DNA of 59,936 nucleotides, the filler included, from Stramenopiles sp. TOSAG23-3 (Eukaryota): the NCBI GenBank assembly GCA_900128585.1. It is 9 parts of 9 records of this genome, joined end to end, with 100 filler letters (N's around TTAATTAATTAA, not from the genome) between each part and the next. Parts side by side here need not be neighbours in the genome. Positions count along the whole stretch, not along the records: positions 7,397 to 14,665 come from LT643175.1; positions 14,766 to 22,021 come from LT643176.1; 7 more parts are not named here. One strand, 5' to 3'. A model generated the notes under the pieces. It was not told the DNA's origin. It made no database searches and worked only from the letters and a program-made list of their open reading frames with translations. Positions 10,698 through 21,182 of this stretch are shown here, one piece after another. The position numbers were made by a program, and so were the translations under genes. The stretch's first letter is position 1, and each line of letters begins with the position of its first letter.

Positions 10698-10930
10698 GAA
10701 TGCAAGGGGTAGTTACCGGTAACTAGCTGTTAAAGTGGTCCAACCTCCTCTCCCTCCCTCCTGTTGCGGAGTAGTAGCAGTAGTAAAATTATATTTGAAG
10801 GAGACTGACTTGAGAGAGATGACAACATTAACTGCAGTTTCACCCTTCATTCCGGTGGTCAACATCTGGCTTCGGAAAAACAACCCCCTTCGCTCATCCG
10901 ATGCCACGACGAAATAGTTTCGTGGCATAA

Positions 10931-12010
10931 ATGTTTTACAGCCACGCAAAAAGAACAAAGTTTCACCGGTTTACGAAGAGCCAAAGATGCTACTCGCGGC
11001 AGGCAGGCAATTTACGTGGTGGGGTTCTTGTCTTTTCAGGTCAGGGGACACAATTTCCGGGGATGGGGAAAGACTTGTGTAGCTCTTTTCCGGTTGCAAA
11101 ACATGTATTTGAGGAAGCTAATGAGGCGTTGGGGTGGTCATTGTCGAATGTTATGTTTACCACAGATAAAACCGAACAAGTAAATTTAACACCGTTTGCC
11201 CAACCAGCAATTTTGGTGTTCTCTATAGCTCTCTTTGAAATTTTCAAGGAAGTAACAGGATTAAAAATAACAGACTTCTCGTTTGTCTCGGGACACTCAC
11301 TGGGAGAGTTTACTGCTTTAGTTGCCAGTGAAAGCATGAGTCTAAAAACTGGTGTGCATCTAGTGCACCTTCGGGGTGCCGCTATGCAAGCTTGTGTGCC
11401 TTCTGGTGTGCCATTTTCTATGAATGCTTTGTTAGGAACTTCGCTCGAGGATGTACAGGAAACTATTGACGAAATTAAATCTGAGAGATTCGAGCCTAAA
11501 TTACAATGTAGTATTGCAAATTACAATGCTCTTGATCAAGTAGTGATCAGTGGTAGAAAAGACTGTGTCGATAAGGTCATTTTAAAGGCGAAACAAACGG
11601 GAAAAGCGAGGCATATACGGGCTATCAATGTTAGCGCACCCTTTCATTCAGAATTTATGTGTACTGCGGCAGATTTAATGCAACCGCCATTAGTGGCAGC
11701 GATTATGCAACCTCCTGTAATCCCTTTCTTATCAAATGTTGACGTAGACTTTCATGTACGTCCTCCTTTTATTAAAGATTTACTGTTCAAACAAATTTAC
11801 TCCACTGTTCAATGGTGCCCGATAATGGACGTTTGCAACAAAATCGGTACTCGTGAATTCCTAGAGATTGGTCCAAAGCAAGTGTTGACTCCTCTTCTGC
11901 GTAGACATTTTGTTGGCAATAGGATTATTTCATGCTCTGGTTTAGATCATGTTTTGCAATTTAATGATGTTCAAAATGGAAAGGATGTCACTAAACAAGT
12001 AACTGCCTAA
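10931..12010 (+). CDS. MCAT: Malonyl-CoA:ACP transacylase (FabD), probably mitochondrial
   Basis: Motifs VFSGQGTQFPGMG, catalytic GHSLGE, IANYN..QVVISG, VSAPFHS and FLEIGP. Arg/Ser-rich N-terminal extension resembles a transit peptide. Confidence 0.93.
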   Translation: MFYSHAKRTKFHRFTKSQRCYSRQAGNLRGGVLVFSGQGTQFPGMGKDLCSSFPVAKHVFEEANEALGWSLSNVMFTTDKTEQVNLTPFAQPAILVFSIALFEIFKEVTGLKITDFSFVSGHSLGEFTALVASESMSLKTGVHLVHLRGAAMQACVPSGVPFSMNALLGTSLEDVQETIDEIKSERFEPKLQCSIANYNALDQVVISGRKDCVDKVILKAKQTGKARHIRAINVSAPFHSEFMCTAADLMQPPLVAAIMQPPVIPFLSNVDVDFHVRPPFIKDLLFKQIYSTVQWCPIMDVCNKIGTREFLEIGPKQVLTPLLRRHFVGNRIISCSGLDHVLQFNDVQNGKDVTKQVTA

Positions 12011-12034
12011 AGAAAGTTGCTGGTTAGCTTTTTT

Positions 12035-12268
12035 TCAATTTTCTCTCTTTGGTTTGTTATTTTTCTCTTCCTTCGCCGATTCGTCCGAGGATGACACTGG
12101 TAGAGTCGGGTCGTCCGAGGATAACTGTGAGGCTGGGACTTCGCCTGCTGGGGCATGGGCGTCTGGGGTCATTTCTTCTGATGATTGTGCTGAGTGTTGT
12201 ACTTCAGTATCGTCGTCCGAGATCGTGAGGGGAACAGTGTCGGCTACTTTGGCGGCGGATGGAAACAT
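12035..12268 (-). CDS. Short acidic/Ser-rich ORF (77 aa), hypothetical or a gene remnant
   Basis: ATG-initiated and GC-richer than its flanks. Contains a TCGTCCGAG motif three times on the + strand. No recognisable domain. Confidence 0.3.
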   Translation of the reverse strand: MFPSAAKVADTVPLTISDDDTEVQHSAQSSEEMTPDAHAPAGEVPASQLSSDDPTLPVSSSDESAKEEKNNKPKREN

Positions 12269-13246
12269 TTACTTTATAATTCAGTCCTGCTCCTTCTTTC
12301 ATCGAAGGGTCATTTCATTTTTTTGATGGGATGTATTAATTATACTTGAAATATATTTTGTACAAAGCGCACACTGCGTATATGAGGAACAAAAGCGCAT
12401 TATGGAATATTCGGTTTCTGAACCACCAGTTTGAGGTGGGTGCACCAGAATCGAAGATTTTAGCAGTGGACCTCTTATTTCTCTATTGGTGTGTAGTATT
12501 AGTGTTACACTGATCCGACCCCTATGTACAAACTCAGTTTAAGGGTTAACTATATTGGAAAATAAAATGTGAAATTGTTCTCGGTTTGGGTTAGGGTTAC
12601 CAAGGTAGTTCTTGAATGTTTTCTGCTGATAAATTTTTCCACTAAATTTCATTTTCCTACATGAATAATTGATTGTTCGAAGTGTATATGCTCTACTTTT
12701 TACAATTAAATAGAGATTCAAGACCACAGCTCAGATCCAAAAAAAAGTACAACTACAACTGTAGGATCGATCCAGCTGAAGAATGAAGGGAAAGCGACGG
12801 ACAGGAAGAAGTCATTAGAATACAATCAGTATATTAAGCAACCGTTTGTTTAAGGAAACAAATGATGTTATAACCATTTAAAAAACGAGTCATTCCAAAT
12901 CACTTTCTCGAAATTTCTGAACGTGCAGTTACAGGTACATTTCGGTTTTGCTACTCTGTGTATTTATTAATTCTAGTCATGTTATGGTGGACTAACTACA
13001 ATTAAATTAAATAATCCCCTGCTGACACTTGTCCAGGGACCAAAAATAACGAAATAAGGAAATGATTAGTTTTTAATAGATAAAAGAATTGATATATTAA
13101 GGTATTAATTATAAAATATTAAGACATAAAGGAGCCTAGTGTAACAGGGTTCCTGGAACATTAATTCGGATTAGGTGCAGTTACAACACAAATTATACAT
13201 ATAGATAGGGTTGAATGAAAAATAAAATAAAAATCATCCTTTTGTT

Positions 13247-13318
13247 ATTTGTCATATATGGAAATATCACGAGCGTTCTGTGATTTGTCATATATCGAAA
13301 TATCATTAGCGTTCTGTA
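13247..13318 (+). repeat. 36-bp tandem duplication upstream of Rab7
   Basis: ATTTGTCATATATGGAAATATCACGAGCGTTCTGTG followed by ATTTGTCATATATCGAAATATCATTAGCGTTCTGTA. Confidence 0.85.
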
Positions 13319-13825
13319 ATCTTACAAAAACTACAACACAAAATATAGATATAGATAATATTATAAAATAAAATAATAACCATCATTTCGTGACTCATAA
13401 AATATATTCTAGTATATACGGGTTTTATGGACATAGTATTAGGTCCTGTTTGGCTGTTTTTAACAGGGTCGGATTCTTTGTTGATGGGCGCAAATACTAC
13501 TTTTCATCGCTTGGTACTGTGTGCCCTTGTTCCCCTTCTACTAAACACGAACGCGGCATGGTCCTTAAAACCACAAACACTTCATGCTTTAAACGACTGC
13601 CAGACCCCTTAAATCACAACGAACAACTGTGCACTAAACAGGTGAACTTCTCAAGAGAGTAATATTAAAACGACACGACATATTTGAACAACAAGTGTGG
13701 TCAGTACTGCACATCACACGGACGACAATCTTCACAAATTACTGTCAGCTAGTTACCTATCGGTAGAAACCTGTTCAACAATTCAAGAAATCCCAGAAGC
13801 TAGAAAACAGAAGTAAGATATAAAC

Positions 13826-14470
13826 ATGGCGCACCGAAAGAAATGTTTGTTAAAAATTATTATTGTGGGGGACAGTGGCACTGGAAAAACTTCTCTGATG
13901 CAACAGTTTGTAAACAAGAAATTTACAAATCAATACAAAGCAACTATTGGTGCCGATTTCTTGACTAAAGAGGTCATGATAGATGACAAATTGGTCACCA
14001 TGCAGATTTGGGATACTGCTGGACAAGAGCGGTTCCAAAGTCTGGGGATGGCATTTTATCGTGGTGCTGACGCGTGCGTTCTTGTCTACGATATTACAGA
14101 CTCCAAAACGTTTGCTGGCTTAAAACCGTGGAAAGATGAATTTTTAATCCAGGCCGCGCCCAATGACCCAGACAATTTTCCGTTTATGGTTCTAGGGAAT
14201 AAAAGCGACAAAGAAAATGATCGTCGAGTAAAAAAGTCTCAGGCTGAAAATTTCTGCAAGGAAATCAATAACTGCTGCTTTTTTGAGACAAGCGCTAAAC
14301 TGTCTACAAATGTATCACAAGCTTTCCAAAAAATCGCGAAGGCCGCCATTAAGCAAGCGGCGTCAAATAATGATGGAGTTGACATGGGAGATGTTTTTGG
14401 AGATGGAGCAGGTACTATTAAACTCAATGCCCCTGCCAAGAATAGTTCCAGTGACTCATGTGCATGTTAA
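13826..14470 (+). CDS. RAB7: Rab7 small GTPase
   Basis: GDSGTGKT, Rab7 effector loop [31 protein letters not shown] and a C-terminal CXC (SCAC). Confidence 0.97.
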   Translation: MAHRKKCLLKIIIVGDSGTGKTSLMQQFVNKKFTNQYKATIGADFLTKEVMIDDKLVTMQIWDTAGQERFQSLGMAFYRGADACVLVYDITDSKTFAGLKPWKDEFLIQAAPNDPDNFPFMVLGNKSDKENDRRVKKSQAENFCKEINNCCFFETSAKLSTNVSQAFQKIAKAAIKQAASNNDGVDMGDVFGDGAGTIKLNAPAKNSSSDSCAC

Positions 14471-14581
14471 ATGATGAAGCTGAGCAATTCATCCGGTGTC
14501 CCACCTCAGAACTTGGTTTGACCTGTCAAACATCGGCTTGCAAATTGTTTGTAAAAAGGTGCTTGTTTTCTGTTCAATAAT

Positions 14582-14665
14582 TTAAAAACAAAAAAATTGG
14601 CTGTTATTTAAGTAATTAAAATTTAGCTTTCTCATGTACCGCGAAAATGAATCTGCTCCTTTTGT
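14582..14665 (+). repeat. Dispersed element, copy B (runs to contig end)
   Basis: Near-identical over about 84 bp to the reverse complement of 31674-31756. Confidence 0.9.
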
Positions 14666-14765
14666 NNNNNNNNNNNNNNNNNNNNNNNNNNNNNNNNNNN
14701 NNNNNNNNNTTAATTAATTAANNNNNNNNNNNNNNNNNNNNNNNNNNNNNNNNNNNNNNNNNNNN
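14666..14765. other. Artificial contig linker
   Basis: N44-TTAATTAATTAA-N44. Confidence 0.98.
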
Positions 14766-14866
14766 TATTAGTATTGAATGAAACGCGTATTTGTTTTGTT
14801 ATAAAATAAACTGAAACAAAAATTATAGAAATTTTACAAGAATGAATTTGATGATGTGATGAATGT

Positions 14867-14910
14867 GAAGCGAATAAGAAGCGAATAAGAAGCGAATAAG
14901 AAGCGAATAA
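14867..14910 (+). repeat. 11-bp tandem repeat (GAAGCGAATAA)x4
   Basis: Four perfect copies about 115 bp upstream of the ATG at 15026. Confidence 0.9.
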
Positions 14911-15025
14911 AGGCATTTTCCTCTCTGGCATTCCTTTAATTTAATTTATACACGAAACATTATTTTTGGCTGTGACAGTGCCATCTACTGCATACCATTA
15001 CTTCTTCAAGAACGTTTGGTGAAAC

Positions 15026-16366
15026 ATGGCCGAGAGGACTTCTCGGGAAAGGAACTCTTGGAGGGCTTACAATGCTGCCGGCGACGTGCAGTTGGTTGAA
15101 AGCGGTTCGGGGGGAGAAGAACTGGGGACAAAAGATAAAAAATCACTGATAAAAGAGTTTGTGCATTCAAAAAAGGAGAATTTTTTTGGAATTCTCAACC
15201 CGACCCAGCGGATAATATTTTTGCTTCTTTTTACGGTCTGGTGTGCTGCAAACGCAGTAAACTTTGTATACATGAATTTACGCATCACCAACGTCGCCCA
15301 AAACACGAAGGTGCTGCAAACTGAACCAAAAGTGACCGAGGTGTACTTAAAGAAGGAAGATGAAAAAGATCCACATTCAAAATTTTTAAAGTTTCGGAAA
15401 CCGATGCCCAGGGTGGCCGTGGTAGTTTGTTCACAAATGGCATTTCCTGGGCGGCTAACGTTTGACAGTGCCACAACAACTGTAACAACTCAAAACTTTG
15501 GAAATTTGAATTCGACGACCGGAGAACCTGCAGTCTGCCGAACGTTTACAAAGCCGAGCCGCTTTAACGACTATGGGGCGTATGCCAACAAAGCTACACC
15601 TTGCTGCGGGATGGAAATACCACGCTCTATGCTTCTTCGTCAGCAAAAAGCAAAACCAACGGACTCTGACATGGATGCTACCGTCTTGCGACCCCTGGAC
15701 CCGAGAGCTATGGCACAATTAAGGGTAAGTAGTAATGCATCCGGATTTATGGGCGCCTTCGCTGTTATAATTCCAGAAGATGGAAGCAAAACATTAAATG
15801 ATTTACTAGACCCAGCCGGTTTTGAAAAAGTTGGCGTAATGGCAATGTTTAATGATGCTAAAATTTGCGAACCTAACAAAACCACAACAGTCGCGGAAGG
15901 GAAAGTTCGTGATGCGTACTCCTCAATCAAGCTAAGACTTGAAGAAGATAGAAGAGGGATAATTCCATTCCTCGCAAAAAAGATGTCCGACGTGACGGCA
16001 ACGTTGGATGTCCTGCAGTCACGTACAAATGTGTTTCCGAAAACCGTGAAGTGTAGTGCTCCCGATCGTGACAATTATATCAAGGGACAAAGCCACTTCC
16101 TTGGGTGGAATTTTATTTTCTATGCCAATTTCCAACAGGAATTAATGACACACGTGGAGAAGAGGAACAACCAAGAATTGACGGACGGTTTAGGATCGTT
16201 TTTTGGGTTAATGATGAGTTCGATGGCAATCTGGTCGTTCTTTTTCCCCGCAAAGCCTGAGCTTGACCCAGGAGTGCGAAAACCGCACACGTGTTTTTAT
16301 TTCATTTGTCCCTCTTGGAAGAAAGAAAAAGAAGAGAATCTTGAACAAGACCCTGATAAGATTTAA
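15026..16366 (+). CDS. Two-TM membrane protein with a large Cys-containing loop (possibly DEG/ENaC/PAC-like channel)
   Basis: 446 aa. TM1 IIFLLLFTVWCAANAVNFVYM, then PMPRVAVVVCS. TM2 region ELTDGLGSFFGLMMSSMAIWSFFFP. The gene itself is well supported; the family is inferred. Confidence 0.7.
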   Translation: MAERTSRERNSWRAYNAAGDVQLVESGSGGEELGTKDKKSLIKEFVHSKKENFFGILNPTQRIIFLLLFTVWCAANAVNFVYMNLRITNVAQNTKVLQTEPKVTEVYLKKEDEKDPHSKFLKFRKPMPRVAVVVCSQMAFPGRLTFDSATTTVTTQNFGNLNSTTGEPAVCRTFTKPSRFNDYGAYANKATPCCGMEIPRSMLLRQQKAKPTDSDMDATVLRPLDPRAMAQLRVSSNASGFMGAFAVIIPEDGSKTLNDLLDPAGFEKVGVMAMFNDAKICEPNKTTTVAEGKVRDAYSSIKLRLEEDRRGIIPFLAKKMSDVTATLDVLQSRTNVFPKTVKCSAPDRDNYIKGQSHFLGWNFIFYANFQQELMTHVEKRNNQELTDGLGSFFGLMMSSMAIWSFFFPAKPELDPGVRKPHTCFYFICPSWKKEKEENLEQDPDKI

Positions 16367-16436
16367 AAGTCTTGCGCACTTAAACGATTAAAGTGGTAAA
16401 AAAATTAACTGAAACCATAAAGACACAAACTTGTTG

Positions 16437-16481
16437 TTTTTAATTACTTAATTAACAGCCAATTTTCTCTTGTTTTTTTAA
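16437..16481 (-). repeat. Dispersed element, copy D (core only)
   Basis: Reverse complement reads AAAAAAACAAGAGAAAATTGGCTGTTAATTAAGTAATTAAAAA. Confidence 0.85.
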
Positions 16482-16862
16482 TCTATTAGTAATAATAATA
16501 AGCAGTTCTTGACCGCACTTCCTAGACTACCGTACCGGGTACCATTATAAATAAATATTTGTGTTCTTCTTCTTTCTTCTTCTTCTCTCCTTCTTCTTCT
16601 TCTTCTGATGATGATGATGATGACGACGATTGCATTTTTTAATAAACAATATTGTCCAAGAATTGTTAGTTCTAAGTAATCTCAACACGGTGCTCACTGC
16701 AGTGAATATTGCAACAAACAAAGCACCATGTAAACTCCTTACTTCCTTGACTGCTGTTCGTGACTAACACAGGGGGTGTCGAGGAATTCGTATACGTAGG
16801 GGGAGGGCGCGTGTGTGTGGCGTGTAATAAATAGAAGGAATACGAGTATTGTCTGCAGAAAA

Positions 16863-17339
16863 ATGCAATCTCCTGCAGGAAAGTATATCAGCAACTTTGT
16901 GGTTGATAATTTTTATGGTGGAAAGGTTCTAAAAGATGTTGTCGCAGCGTGTTTACAGAGTGAAACGTTAGTTCAAATTGAGGATTTTATGAAGAGCAAC
17001 GCAGGCTTTTTTACGGACGACGAAGAGCACAAGTTAGTTTACGCTGAAATTTTTGGAAAATATTGCGAACTGATCGAAAATTTGCTGGAGGAACCGTTGA
17101 GAAAACACAAGACCACGGTAGAAAGTTTTATGGAGCTCTGTGGCAAGCTGCACGATTCCATGGACGACAAAAACGTACAAGTGTTTTTAGACCTTCTCTT
17201 GACGATCACAAAGTACGAATTCTTTGCAGAACTGATGCTGTCCAGTGAGAAGCGGGATTACTATTTTTACATTCTGAAAGGGTGGCAAGAGCAAACGAAA
17301 CGGGCCCAGCGGCCCAGCGCAAGGAGCGGAAAGAAATGA
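16863..17339 (+). CDS. BART-domain (ARL2/ARL3-binding; ARL2BP/CFAP36-like) protein
   Basis: First ATG at 16863. QIEDFMKSNAGFFTDDEEHKLVYAEIFGKYCELIENLLEE..YEFFAELM matches the BART pattern. Confidence 0.85.
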   Translation: MQSPAGKYISNFVVDNFYGGKVLKDVVAACLQSETLVQIEDFMKSNAGFFTDDEEHKLVYAEIFGKYCELIENLLEEPLRKHKTTVESFMELCGKLHDSMDDKNVQVFLDLLLTITKYEFFAELMLSSEKRDYYFYILKGWQEQTKRAQRPSARSGKK

Positions 17340-17659
17340 AGTGCAGCACACGTGGTATTTGTCTATTAAAAATGATCCCTGTTTTTCCACATACCTAAGA
17401 ATCTTAAGAAGTTCGTAAGTCAAAAGTGTTTGTAAATAGTGCACGTCGTAAATCAACTGTAAATTATATTAATGAAGCATACTGTATATAATATGGTTTT
17501 GTTGTAATGATAAGAATGTTTAATATGTTGCGGTAAATGATATCATATCAAGAAAATAAAAACAAGATATCTACGTATCATACTATTATCATAATTTATC
17601 ATACGCTTAAACTGAATTAGGTTTTTTTTTATCATAAATTAAAGAAAAAGATGTATTTT

Positions 17660-20635
17660 TTATAAAAGCGATTCGTCTTGCCTTGGGTTGAAGGCGTCGT
17701 CGTCGAAGTCCAAATCGTCTCCATCCTCCTCGTCGTCGTCTTCCACCCCGTCCAGCGCACGCGCAATCCTCTCGGCGTGCCTTCTGTCCCTATCGTAACC
17801 AGCGCCACCATTCTCCATCGAGTTGTTCCTGTCGGTGTCTTCGTCGCTGTTGATCTCGTCCTCCTCGTCCTCATCCGCATATGGCTTGTAACCGGCCATG
17901 TCTTCGTCATCGTCGGCATTTTGGCCCACGGGCTTGTACCCAAGATTGCCGTAACCGCTACTGCTTCTGGTGCAGCAGTTGAACTTTCCAAGCACGGCAC
18001 CAAGGATGCCAAAAATAGCGCCGAGGATGGCCCGCCCCTTCTCTGTGCACGCCCCGTAAACAATGGCGACCAAACCGAGGGCCATGACGATGGTGTGAAG
18101 CCAGCCGCCGCCGCTCGTGCCAATCGCCCAGGACGGGCAGCCGACCTGCGATCCCAAGTGGTTGATCCCACCGCTACAGGTGTCTCCGGCAACCCTTCGG
18201 TACCCAGTCGGCATGAAGTAGTAGCCTTGGTTCTCCACCCGACCGCACTGCATGGCAATGGACCGGGTCATGTTGTACGTCACCGCGGACCCATCCTCTG
18301 TCTTCTGCAGCACGCAGGAACCAGCGTTTACATCCTTGAAGTAATCGATGTCGCACTCGTAGTCCGCTTCGGTGCATTCGCAGTTGCGCACGAAGACTTC
18401 CCGTTCGTGCGTCTTGCCAGTCATGCACACCGCGTCCCGTTTTCTTCGTGTGTATTTGACCTCGTGGCCCAGAATGCACGAGCCGCTTTGGAAAAGCCCC
18501 CGGGGCTCCCAAAGTTCGAAGTCAGAGCCGCTCCCGCCGGCACCCGCTACGTTCTTGCACTGCGGGACCCCTTCGCGAAAGTCCAGGTAATGGACCACGG
18601 ACTTTCGCGTCTTCGTGCCCTCTTCGGTTCCGTACAGTAAAAACTCGAGACCTTTCCCTGAACGCTCGATGATAATGTTGTTGACTTCCAGCTTGGTCTT
18701 GCTAAACTCATACTCCGTCCACGACTGCCCCTGGTCCCACGAGTACAGCAATTTGTTCGTCGGGATATTGTCGCGGGTCATTAGGATCAGCCCGCCGTGG
18801 TCGCCAAACTCGTAAATGTGTGACCCTTTCGCCGCCTCGTTCCAGGTGATCCCGCCGTCGCGGGTAAAGTACGTGTTTGTTTTCGCTGCGTATGGGGTGA
18901 GCCGGGTGCCCAGGTTCCCCGTCGCCATGGCAAGGCCGATGGCGCTGTCCAAGGAGTAGAAGGGCCCCCAGTAATCGCTCGTCCCGTGGATGTGCAGCGA
19001 GCATCCTGCGTTCGGGAAGCAGTTCGTTGGCTTCCCCAAACTATCCGAGCTCGGCGCTTGAAGGAAGTTCCACTGGCCACCCTTGTTGAACGTGATGACG
19101 GACCGCACGTTTGGGTCGTCGCCGACGTGGCGCTTTGTCTTCTTGGCGAACGCGCCGGCCTTGGAGTCCCCTTTCTTGACGCCCATCCCGCCACCCGTGT
19201 TCTTCTTGTTGGGGCCGAGGCTGTCCGGGTCAAAGTAGTTCGCGACGTACACGCCCTGCATCCCTTCGAACTTGGCGAAGTCGCACGTCCCGTCGTCGTT
19301 CCTCCGGTTCTCCTGCAGGGAGAGGGAGAACCGGTACCCGCTCGCGTCCGACATGTACAGGTGGCCCCACACGGCGCCGTCCCCTTCGTGGTTGATTTGC
19401 AAGAAGACTTGGCCCTCCGAGGTGTCCACGACAGTGAACCCGTGGTGCTTCAAATCGGCAGCCATTGCCGGCATTTCGACTGGGATGAACATGCTGAGCA
19501 TCGGCTCGCAGACCATGAGGTCCACGGCGGAGTTGGCCCCCTTCGCATTGGGCTGGTTGCGCGCCACGAAAAACTTGTTTGCCATGATCAAAAAACGGTT
19601 CCCGTGGGGAACAACGACCTTGACGGTCTTGAATTCGTCCTCGGTGATCACGAAGTCGATGTCCGTGTCCCAAGTGTCCAGGTTCTGGTTTCCTTTCTTT
19701 CCTTTCTTGAACACGGTTGCAATGATGGAGTGCGGCCCCGGTTTCCAGTTCTTTGGGCGGATGGCCTTCGGGACCTCCTCGGTCCACTCGAACTGCTGCA
19801 CTCGGTCGACGACGTTCACCCAGGACATCCCAAAGTCGTGGGACACCCAGAGCTTGCGGTAGCACGGCCCAGAGTTCTTCGCGGCCCCGCTGCAGGTGTC
19901 CTGTGCCGCCATCATGCACTCTTTGTGCGTCGGGTGGAGCTTGATGTCCTCGAACGCTACGATCGAGTTGACAAGGGAGAACGTCTTCCCCCCGTTGGTC
20001 GTGGTGAAGTGGCTGTCCTCCGAGCCAACGAAGAACATCCTCATGGGGTCGGCCTTTGAGGCCAGCATGTAGCGAACCCCGCTGATTGTCTTCTTCGCCT
20101 TCTGCGCGACTGCCTGAAGCTTGACCATCTGGTTGGAAAATGTCTTCCCGTTGTCGTTGCTCCGGTGAAGAATCGCGTCTTCCGTCAAGACCATGACGAT
20201 GTCCTTCTTTTTCCCGACCCACTGCATGTCCATGACTTCCCCGTCCAGCGTGGTCTTCGAGTTAATGATCTTGGTCGCTTTCGCGAACTTTTTCTGCGTC
20301 GGGCTGGGGGCCGTGTTTGCCGTGCCCGCCGGGGCGGCCGCTTGGGCTGCGACAGGGGTCGCTCCTGCCGGGGCCGCCCCAGCCGCGACTGGCGCTGCAG
20401 GAGCGGCGGCGACCGGTGCGGCGGCGGCTGCGACGGGGGCAGCCGCGACGGGGGCCGCCGCGACGGGGGCAGCCGCGACGGGGGCAGCCGCGACTGGGGC
20501 GACGGCGGCTGCTGCGACGGGGGCCGCCCCCGCCGGCCGCCCAGATGCCGGCTGTGCCTGGCCACCGCTTGCTAGGCAATACACCACCACCAAAAGGAGT
20601 AGGTGGAAGAGTCTAGGAGAGGGACGGAAGGTCAT
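17660..20635 (-). CDS. VPS10: VPS10/sortilin-family sorting receptor
   Basis: ATG at 20635 starts a signal peptide. Asp-box repeats SNDNGKTF, SHDFGMSW, TRDGGITW and SWDQGQSW. 10CC region CECTEADYECD..GYRRVAGDTCSGG. One TM, then an acidic tail ending DESLL. Confidence 0.95.
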   Translation of the reverse strand: MTFRPSPRLFHLLLLVVVYCLASGGQAQPASGRPAGAAPVAAAAVAPVAAAPVAAAPVAAAPVAAAPVAAAAAPVAAAPAAPVAAGAAPAGATPVAAQAAAPAGTANTAPSPTQKKFAKATKIINSKTTLDGEVMDMQWVGKKKDIVMVLTEDAILHRSNDNGKTFSNQMVKLQAVAQKAKKTISGVRYMLASKADPMRMFFVGSEDSHFTTTNGGKTFSLVNSIVAFEDIKLHPTHKECMMAAQDTCSGAAKNSGPCYRKLWVSHDFGMSWVNVVDRVQQFEWTEEVPKAIRPKNWKPGPHSIIATVFKKGKKGNQNLDTWDTDIDFVITEDEFKTVKVVVPHGNRFLIMANKFFVARNQPNAKGANSAVDLMVCEPMLSMFIPVEMPAMAADLKHHGFTVVDTSEGQVFLQINHEGDGAVWGHLYMSDASGYRFSLSLQENRRNDDGTCDFAKFEGMQGVYVANYFDPDSLGPNKKNTGGGMGVKKGDSKAGAFAKKTKRHVGDDPNVRSVITFNKGGQWNFLQAPSSDSLGKPTNCFPNAGCSLHIHGTSDYWGPFYSLDSAIGLAMATGNLGTRLTPYAAKTNTYFTRDGGITWNEAAKGSHIYEFGDHGGLILMTRDNIPTNKLLYSWDQGQSWTEYEFSKTKLEVNNIIIERSGKGLEFLLYGTEEGTKTRKSVVHYLDFREGVPQCKNVAGAGGSGSDFELWEPRGLFQSGSCILGHEVKYTRRKRDAVCMTGKTHEREVFVRNCECTEADYECDIDYFKDVNAGSCVLQKTEDGSAVTYNMTRSIAMQCGRVENQGYYFMPTGYRRVAGDTCSGGINHLGSQVGCPSWAIGTSGGGWLHTIVMALGLVAIVYGACTEKGRAILGAIFGILGAVLGKFNCCTRSSSGYGNLGYKPVGQNADDDEDMAGYKPYADEDEEDEINSDEDTDRNNSMENGGAGYDRDRRHAERIARALDGVEDDDEEDGDDLDFDDDAFNPRQDESLL
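20385..20530 (-). repeat. Coding 15-bp minisatellite encoding (PVAAA)n in the sortilin pro-region
   Basis: Tandem GCGACGGGGGC(A/C)GCC units on the + strand. Confidence 0.85.
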
Positions 20636-21043
20636 TTTGTATCTATGAAGAAGAAAAAAGAAACAAACAAAACAAACACCCAAATCAATTTGAATGGTAC
20701 AATTTTAAATTTACTGCTGTTAAACTACCTTTATCGCGTATCAGCTTTTACAATACATTTTTACATCTTCCCCTTTCTCCTTGACCTCCTCTCTTCATAT
20801 ATTTTAAAGAGAAGTGTTGTTTAATTTAAAATGCGACCGACGTCGTTTTTTCTTTCATCATTTTTTTTTGTTTCGTTTCTTTTTCCTTCTTCTTTCTTTC
20901 TTTCTTCTCTTCTTTCTTTCTGTCTTCTTCTCCTCCGTCCGTCCATGTACGAATGTGATTGATTTAATTAACTTAATTTTAAAATTACTTAATGTAGAGC
21001 TTCGTATAGTTCGAATAGTTAACTAGGAATAACAATAGGTAGA

Positions 21044-21135
21044 GAAAGAAAGAAAGAAACAAAGAAAGAAAGAAAGAAACAAACAAAGAAAGAAACAAAC
21101 AAAGAAAGAAAGAGTCGAAAGAAAGGAAGAGTCGA

Positions 21136-21179
<44 letters not shown>

Positions 21180-21182
21180 AGA
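21044..21182. repeat. (AAAG/AAAC)n microsatellite
   Basis: Direct reading. Confidence 0.9.

Noticed and set aside
10931-12010. FabD as evidence of bacterial DNA or a PKS cluster
   Set aside because: It has a transit-peptide-like extension, lies on the same contig as Rab7 and a CCT gene, and has no fab or PKS neighbours.
12583-12598. GGTTTGGGTTAGGGTT as a telomeric repeat
   Set aside because: Only one perfect TTAGGG, and it is internal to the contig.
17632-20648. Long antisense and alternate-frame ORFs over sortilin (likewise over the USP, WDR92 and KATNIP)
   Set aside because: These are shadow ORFs expected from GC-rich codon usage, and they contain no recognisable motifs.
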